This document shows, piece after piece, positions 59,122 through 64,000 of a DNA stretch of 64,000 bases. A model generated the notes under the pieces. The model did no database searches, had not been told where the DNA came from, and worked only from the letters and a program-made list of their open reading frames with translations. The stretch is from Alphaproteobacteria bacterium. Its GTDB lineage: Bacteria > Pseudomonadota > Alphaproteobacteria > UBA2966 > CAIVPW01. Location: NCBI GenBank assembly GCA_947481575.1, contig CANKGV010000004.1:5487-69486 (forward strand), in the 5' to 3' direction. Position 1 is the first letter of the stretch. Every line of letters starts with the position of its first letter. Both the position numbers and the translations under genes were made by a program.

Positions 59122-59826
59122 ATGGCAGCCTCTGCGCCAGTAATTCTCATCCCTGGGTTGCTCAACACTGCGCGACTCTGGCGCGCACAAGCCCATGAAC
59201 TTTCCAGGGACTTCGAGGTGCGGGTGGCCGACAGTGCCGCCGCCGACTCGATGGCGGGGCTGGCCGAACGGTTGCTTGCGGACGCGCCCAAACGCTTCGC
59301 CCTGGCCGGCATTTCGATGGGCGGATACGTGGCGTTTGAGGTGCTGCGGCAGGCGCCGGAGCGGGTGGAGCGGCTGGCGCTGGTCGACACCACGCCAAAG
59401 GCCGACCGGCCCGAGCAAACTGAACGCCGCCGTATGTTGGTCGCCCTCGCACGGGCCGAGGGAATACGCGCCGTGCTGCCGTATCTCATCCCCGGCTTCC
59501 TGGCGCCGCACCATCGCGACGATCCCGCCCTGGTGGAGATCATCACCGGGATGGCCGAGGAGGTCGGCGTGGACGGGTTTACGCGCCAGCAGCACGCGAT
59601 CCTGGGGCGTATCGACAGTACCCCGGACCTGGCGCGTATCGGTTGCCCGGCCGCCGTGATCGTGGGTGAGCACGACCAACTGACGCCCCCCGCGGGAGCG
59701 GCCGAAATGGCCGCGGCAATGGGCGGTGCAACGCTGACGGTGATCCCGGACGCTGGTCATCTTTCGCCATTGGAAAACGGGGCGGCGGTGGCCGCCGCCA
59801 TGCGCGCCTGGTTGGCGCAACCTTAG
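59122..59826 (+). CDS. alpha/beta hydrolase
   Basis: GISMGG nucleophile elbow; IVGEHD and PDAGH catalytic-triad region. Confidence 0.7.
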   Translation: MAASAPVILIPGLLNTARLWRAQAHELSRDFEVRVADSAAADSMAGLAERLLADAPKRFALAGISMGGYVAFEVLRQAPERVERLALVDTTPKADRPEQTERRRMLVALARAEGIRAVLPYLIPGFLAPHHRDDPALVEIITGMAEEVGVDGFTRQQHAILGRIDSTPDLARIGCPAAVIVGEHDQLTPPAGAAEMAAAMGGATLTVIPDAGHLSPLENGAAVAAAMRAWLAQP

Positions 59827-59867
59827 CCACTACTGGTAGCGGGTCGCCAAAGCCCGATCCCAAGTTG

Positions 59868-59885
59868 CTCGCGTAAATACGCGAG
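59868..59885. terminator. hairpin CTCGCGTAAATACGCGAG between convergent genes
   Basis: 7-bp stem with AAAT loop, followed by a second palindrome CCCCGCGCGGGG about 30 nt downstream. Confidence 0.35.
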
Positions 59886-60007
59886 AAATACGCTAACCCG
59901 ATTCCCCGCGCGGGGCGCCGAAACCGGCCCCCGGCCGCAGTTCTAACCATGAGAACATAAAAGGAACGTAGTCCCGCGTCAAGGTGCGGCGGCGGGTGGA
60001 TGCAGCC

Positions 60008-60661
60008 CTATTTGGGGGCGCGCAGCGCAGCGCGCTGCCAGCCGCTGAGGATCAGGGTTGCGGCGCGTTTGGCGTGACGCGCGGCGGTGCCGTCGCCTTC
60101 CACCGCAGCGACGATCGAGCCCATGAGCAGGACATCCCAGGCGCGGGCAAAGGTGGTGCGGCGGTGGAGATGCGCCTGGGACGCCAAGCGTTCGATGAAG
60201 GCGCGCAGGTTGGCCAGCACTTCGGCCGCCGCGGCGTGAACGCGGGAGCCGGGCGCGGAGCTGAGCAGCTCGCGCAACGGCGGACAGCCGGCGAATCCAG
60301 TCGCGTGGAACCAGTCGTCGAGCACGTCGAACAGTGCGAGCAACTGCTGGTCTGGCGCGCGGGCGCGCTTGGTGACTTCGGGGATCAGCCACGCGTGAGT
60401 CCACCGTTCGTCCCACAGGTGCAGGAACGCCACGACGAGATCGTCCTTGGACGCGAAATGCTTGTAGAAGCTGCCCTTGGCGACGCCGGACCGGGCAACA
60501 ATCGCTTCGACGCCAACGGACGTGGTGCTCTGGCCTGAGAACAGTTCGTAGGCCGCTTCCAGGACTCGTTCTTTTGCAGCGGGCTTGCGGGCCGCAGGGG
60601 CGCTGCTAGCGGATGTAGAACGCACTAGACCCACCCGCCAAAATCGTGGCGATGCCGGCAC
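60008..60661 (-). CDS. TetR/AcrR family transcriptional regulator
   Basis: HTH region ERVLEAAYELFSGQSTTSVGVEAIVARSGVAKGSFYKHF; start uncertain. Confidence 0.75.
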   Translation of the reverse strand: MPASPRFWRVGLVRSTSASSAPAARKPAAKERVLEAAYELFSGQSTTSVGVEAIVARSGVAKGSFYKHFASKDDLVVAFLHLWDERWTHAWLIPEVTKRARAPDQQLLALFDVLDDWFHATGFAGCPPLRELLSSAPGSRVHAAAAEVLANLRAFIERLASQAHLHRRTTFARAWDVLLMGSIVAAVEGDGTAARHAKRAATLILSGWQRAALRAPK

Positions 60662-60685
60662 AATGCAGGGCGCGCCGCCACAAGT

Positions 60686-61036
60686 TCATTCGGCGCGCGG
60701 CCAGTGATCGAGGGCGAGGGCGCCGGCCGCCCGTGCTGCCGCGATGGCGGCTACGTCGCCGCCAATCGCCGCGACCAACGATCCGTCCATGAGTGCCCGC
60801 CAGGCCGCGGCAAACGACTCAGGCTCGGCCAAGCCGACGCGGTGCGCGAGATTGTGCAAGAGGTCGCGAATCTCGGCGGTCCAGGTGGAAGCGGCGTGGG
60901 GCGCGGCGGCGATTGCGCCTTCGTCCGCCGCTTCGGCGACGACGTCGAAGATGGCCAGCAACTGATGGTCCGGCGCATCGGCGCGGCGGGCAATCTCGGC
61001 TGCCAGTTCGGCCTTGGTCCAGCGAAGTTCGATCAT
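60686..61036 (-). CDS. TetR C-terminal (ligand-binding/dimerisation) domain-only paralog; possible gene remnant
   Basis: Homologous to the C-terminal half of the adjacent TetR (QQLLALFDVLDDWF / HQLLAIFDVVAEAA; FARAWDVLLMGSIVAAV / FAAAWRALMDGSLVAAI); no HTH in any upstream frame. Confidence 0.4.
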   Translation of the reverse strand: MIELRWTKAELAAEIARRADAPDHQLLAIFDVVAEAADEGAIAAAPHAASTWTAEIRDLLHNLAHRVGLAEPESFAAAWRALMDGSLVAAIGGDVAAIAAARAAGALALDHWPRAE

Positions 61037-61254
61037 CGACCAGCGTGTGTTGAGACCCTGCTTTCTAAGGAACCTCAATAGGACGCGACGTGCTGTTCTA
61101 TTTCGCACACTCCGCGGAGGGAATTTGTGGTCCGGATTTGTTTCGGCCCGCAGCGCACTCGATCCGCAGCGTGCAGGACCGCCGCAACCGGTGGCAGGAA
61201 ATCCAGAAATGATGCCGCTCTATCCGGTTCGGACCGGCGGAGAGGGCAAACCGG

Positions 61255-63234
61255 CTACACGTCCAGGTCGATGACGTCCGGTGCGTGTTCTTGGATGTAG
61301 GCCAAGCGCAGTTCAGGCTTGCGGCCCATGAGTTGCTCCACGAGATCGTCGGTCTCGCGCTCGCGGCCGTCGGGGACGATGACACGCAGCAGGGTGCGCT
61401 GGGCGGGGTCCATGGTGGTGGACTTGAGCTGGCTCGCAGGCATTTCGCCGAGGCCTTTGAAGCGGCTGACCTCGACTTTGGTTTTGCCGGCGAACTCGGT
61501 CTTCATCAGCTTGTCTTTGTGGGCGTCGTCGCGGGCGTAGATGGTTTTGCCGCCGTGGGTGAGGCGGTACAGCGGCGGCAGCGCCAGGTACAGGTGGCCG
61601 TCGCGGATCAGGCCCGGCATCTGGCGATAGAAGAACGTCATCAGCAGTGACGCGATGTGCGCGCCGTCGACGTCGGCGTCGGTCATCACGATGACCTTGT
61701 CGTAACGCAGGTCCGCTTCCTTGTAGCGCTCGCCGCTGCCGCACCCCAACGCCAGCAGCAGGTCGGAGATTTCCTGGTTCGCCTGCATCTTGCCGCTGGC
61801 GGCGGAGGCGACGTTCAGGATCTTGCCGCGCAGGGGCAGGACCGCCTGGGTGTTGCGATTGCGCGCCTGTTTGGCGGTGCCGCCGGCGGAGTCGCCTTCG
61901 ACCAGCAGAATCTCGGTGCCTTCGGAGCCGGAGCGCGAGCAGTCGGCGAGCTTGCCGGGCAGGCGCAGCTTGCGGGTCGCGGTCTTGCGGGCGACGTCGC
62001 GGTCGGCCTTGCGGGCGAGGCGGTCTTCGGCGCGAGCAATGATGGAGTCGAGCAGCGCGTTGGCTTGTTCCGGCGCGCCGGACAGCCAGTGGTCGAAGTG
62101 GTCGCGCACCACCGACTCGGTGATCTTGGCGGCTTCCGGGTTGCCGAGCTTTTCTTTGGTCTGGCCGTGGAACTGCGGCTCCGGAATAAAGATCGACAAC
62201 GCGGCGGCCGCGGCGCCCGACACGTCTTCGGGAGCGATCTGGGCGGCGCGGCGGTTGCCGGTGAGATCGGCATAGGCCTTCAAGCCTTTGATCAGCGCAC
62301 TGCGCAGGCCGTTGTCGTGGGTGCCGCCTTCGGGTGTCGGCACGGTGTTGCAGTACGAGTGCACGAAGCCTTCGCCATCGGCAGGCCAGGCAACGGCCCA
62401 TTCGACGGTGGAGCGCTGCTTGGGCAACTCGACGCGGCCGCAGAACGGCGCGGCGGTGACGGTCTCGCGCCCGGCCAATTCGGCGGCGATGAAGTCGGCG
62501 AGGCCGGCCGGGAAGTGGAACGTGTCTTCGGCCGGGATTGCGGACTTTTCGCCCAGCAGCGCGGGATCGCAGTGCCAGCGGATTTCAACGCCGCGGAACA
62601 AGTACGCCTTGGAGCGCGCCATGCGGTACAGGCGTTCGGGCTTGAAGCCGGAAACGTCGCGGAAGATTTCCGGGTCGGGATGGAAGGTGACCTTGGTGCC
62701 GCGCCGGTTGCGCACGGCGCCCAGGTCCTTGAGCTTGGTGACCGGCGCGCCCTGCTTGTAGGTCTGGGTATACAGGTGGCCGTCGCGGGCGACTTCGACC
62801 ACAAGGTGATCCGACAGCGCGTTCACTACCGAGACGCCGACGCCGTGCAGGCCGCCGGCGGTGCTGTAGACCTTGTCGGAGAACTTGGCGCCGGAATGCA
62901 GCATCGTCAGGATGACTTCCAGCGCCGAACGGTTCTTGAACTTCGGGTGCGGGTCGACCGGCATGCCACGGCCGTTGTCGTCGATGGCCAGCGTGCCGTC
63001 GGCGGCGAGGGTCATCTCGATGCGGGAGGCGTGACCGGCCACGGCTTCGTCCATGGCGTTGTCGAGCACTTCGGCGGCCAGATGGTGCAGGCCGGATTCG
63101 TCCACCCCGCCGATGTACATGCCGGGGCGGCGCCGCACCGGCTCCAGGCCTTCCAAGACCTCGATGTCGCGGGCGGTGTAGGTGTTGCCGCCCGCTTGGC
63201 GGCCCTTGGGCGGTGGGGAGAACAGATCGGCCAT
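61255..63234 (-). CDS. parE: DNA topoisomerase IV subunit B
   Basis: GHKL ATPase motifs (EVLDNAMDEA, GLHGVGVSVVNALS), TOPRIM (LLVEGDSAGG...DADVDGAHI); 659 aa with no GyrB-type C-terminal insert. Confidence 0.85.
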   Translation of the reverse strand: MADLFSPPPKGRQAGGNTYTARDIEVLEGLEPVRRRPGMYIGGVDESGLHHLAAEVLDNAMDEAVAGHASRIEMTLAADGTLAIDDNGRGMPVDPHPKFKNRSALEVILTMLHSGAKFSDKVYSTAGGLHGVGVSVVNALSDHLVVEVARDGHLYTQTYKQGAPVTKLKDLGAVRNRRGTKVTFHPDPEIFRDVSGFKPERLYRMARSKAYLFRGVEIRWHCDPALLGEKSAIPAEDTFHFPAGLADFIAAELAGRETVTAAPFCGRVELPKQRSTVEWAVAWPADGEGFVHSYCNTVPTPEGGTHDNGLRSALIKGLKAYADLTGNRRAAQIAPEDVSGAAAAALSIFIPEPQFHGQTKEKLGNPEAAKITESVVRDHFDHWLSGAPEQANALLDSIIARAEDRLARKADRDVARKTATRKLRLPGKLADCSRSGSEGTEILLVEGDSAGGTAKQARNRNTQAVLPLRGKILNVASAASGKMQANQEISDLLLALGCGSGERYKEADLRYDKVIVMTDADVDGAHIASLLMTFFYRQMPGLIRDGHLYLALPPLYRLTHGGKTIYARDDAHKDKLMKTEFAGKTKVEVSRFKGLGEMPASQLKSTTMDPAQRTLLRVIVPDGRERETDDLVEQLMGRKPELRLAYIQEHAPDVIDLDV

Positions 63235-63351
63235 GGACTACCGGTCGGAGACGGAAAACCGAGACTGCGGGTGGGGCGCAGAGTATAGGGGCCGGGTAGG
63301 GGTGCAACAACCAGATATGGTAGTCTGTGCGATGCCAAGGAGCGGAGTCCG

Positions 63352-63807
63352 GTGAGCGATCTCAACACCCCCGACGCAGTTCCGGACGAGTCCTACCGCT
63401 TCGCCGGGTTCTGGTGGCGGGCGGCGGCCATCTTGATCGATGTCGCGATTCTGACGGTGGCGGACGGCATCGTGAGCGGGATGCTGGGCGCGGTCCTGCC
63501 CGCATTCACGTGGCTGCTGGTCGTCGTCATCAACTGGACCTATTTCGCCCAGCAGGAGGCTTCGCCCTACCGGGCGACGGTGGGCAAGCGGGTGTGCGGG
63601 CTGATCGTCGTGGACCTGGAGGGACGCCAGATTTCGTTCGCACGCGCAACCGGCCGGTACTTTGCCAAGTTCCTATCGGGGCTGCTGCTCAACCTGGGGT
63701 TCGTGATGGCGGCCTTCACCGAGCGCAAGCAGGGGCTCCACGACTTCATGGCCGGTACGCTGGTGCTGCGGAAGCGCCCGGGCCCGAAGGGCACCGATGC
63801 GATCTGA
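63352..63807 (+). CDS. RDD family membrane protein
   Basis: GTG start; RFAGFWWRAAAILID and the RDD-type Arg/Asp pattern. Confidence 0.6.
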   Translation: MSDLNTPDAVPDESYRFAGFWWRAAAILIDVAILTVADGIVSGMLGAVLPAFTWLLVVVINWTYFAQQEASPYRATVGKRVCGLIVVDLEGRQISFARATGRYFAKFLSGLLLNLGFVMAAFTERKQGLHDFMAGTLVLRKRPGPKGTDAI

Positions 63808-64000
63808 CCCGCCCACGCTCCCGCGCGCGGCGGGCCTGAGCGGCCTTGTGAAGCATGACTTCGGCGGTCTGGGGCGGCGCGTTCTGGCGTGGACGGTGGA
63901 CGCCGGGATCGAGACCGCGGTGACCTACCCCCTCGGCGCCGGGATCGGCGTGCTGTTTGCGTCGCTGGGCACGTGGGACGTCTGGGCGGCGGCGCTCATT
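63797..64000 (+). CDS. second RDD family protein (3' end outside the window)
   Basis: ATG overlaps the upstream stop; RVLAWTVDAGIETAV. Confidence 0.45.
   Translation, partial: MRSDPPTLPRAAGLSGLVKHDFGGLGRRVLAWTVDAGIETAVTYPLGAGIGVLFASLGTWDVWAAALI

Noticed and set aside
1-64000. Mobile elements, CRISPR arrays, defence islands
   Set aside because: No transposase, integrase or recombinase ORFs, no direct-repeat arrays, no compositional island; the window looks like syntenic core chromosome

Overview
High-GC (about 68%) proteobacterial chromosome segment, most likely alphaproteobacterial by gene content and synteny. It is densely packed with core genes and shows no transposases, integrases, CRISPR arrays, rRNA or tRNA. 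Recognised genes: molybdate ABC transporter (modABC), hisI, zur-znuCB, a tight sulfur-amino-acid operon (CBS/CysK-like, small 2-TM protein, 3-mercaptopyruvate sulfurtransferase, MetC), two tandem hybrid histidine kinases preceded by a kinase-ATPase-only protein, HU, an aminotransferase, a GGT-like lipoprotein, an M48 protease with DsbA-like and thioredoxin-like partners, RNase E, amiC, mrcA (PBP1A), prfB carrying the programmed +1 frameshift, a Bax-like glucosaminidase, a bactofilin/M23-peptidase pair, bcp, glnE, a YhdP/AsmA-like giant envelope protein tightly followed by a MoaD/ThiS-like GG protein and a six-Asp-box beta-propeller, a DUF1194 vWA-like protein, tyrS, cysE, a complete isc operon (iscR, nifS-like, iscS, iscU, iscA, hscB, hscA, fdx, iscX), a DMT transporter, a DEAD-box helicase, a TetR regulator plus a TetR C-terminal-only paralog, parE, and two RDD proteins. 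The most unusual items: (a) a translationally coupled operon that puts homologs of all three classical H2S/persulfide-generating enzymes next to an unknown 83-aa membrane protein; (b) a ubiquitin-like MoaD/ThiS GG protein plus an Asp-box beta-propeller coupled to a YhdP-like protein, with no E1 or JAB partner; (c) a kinase-ATPase-only protein lacking a phosphoacceptor His, translationally coupled to a REC-PAS-GAF hybrid kinase. All family and function calls rest on sequence motifs read by eye and need HMM/BLAST confirmation.
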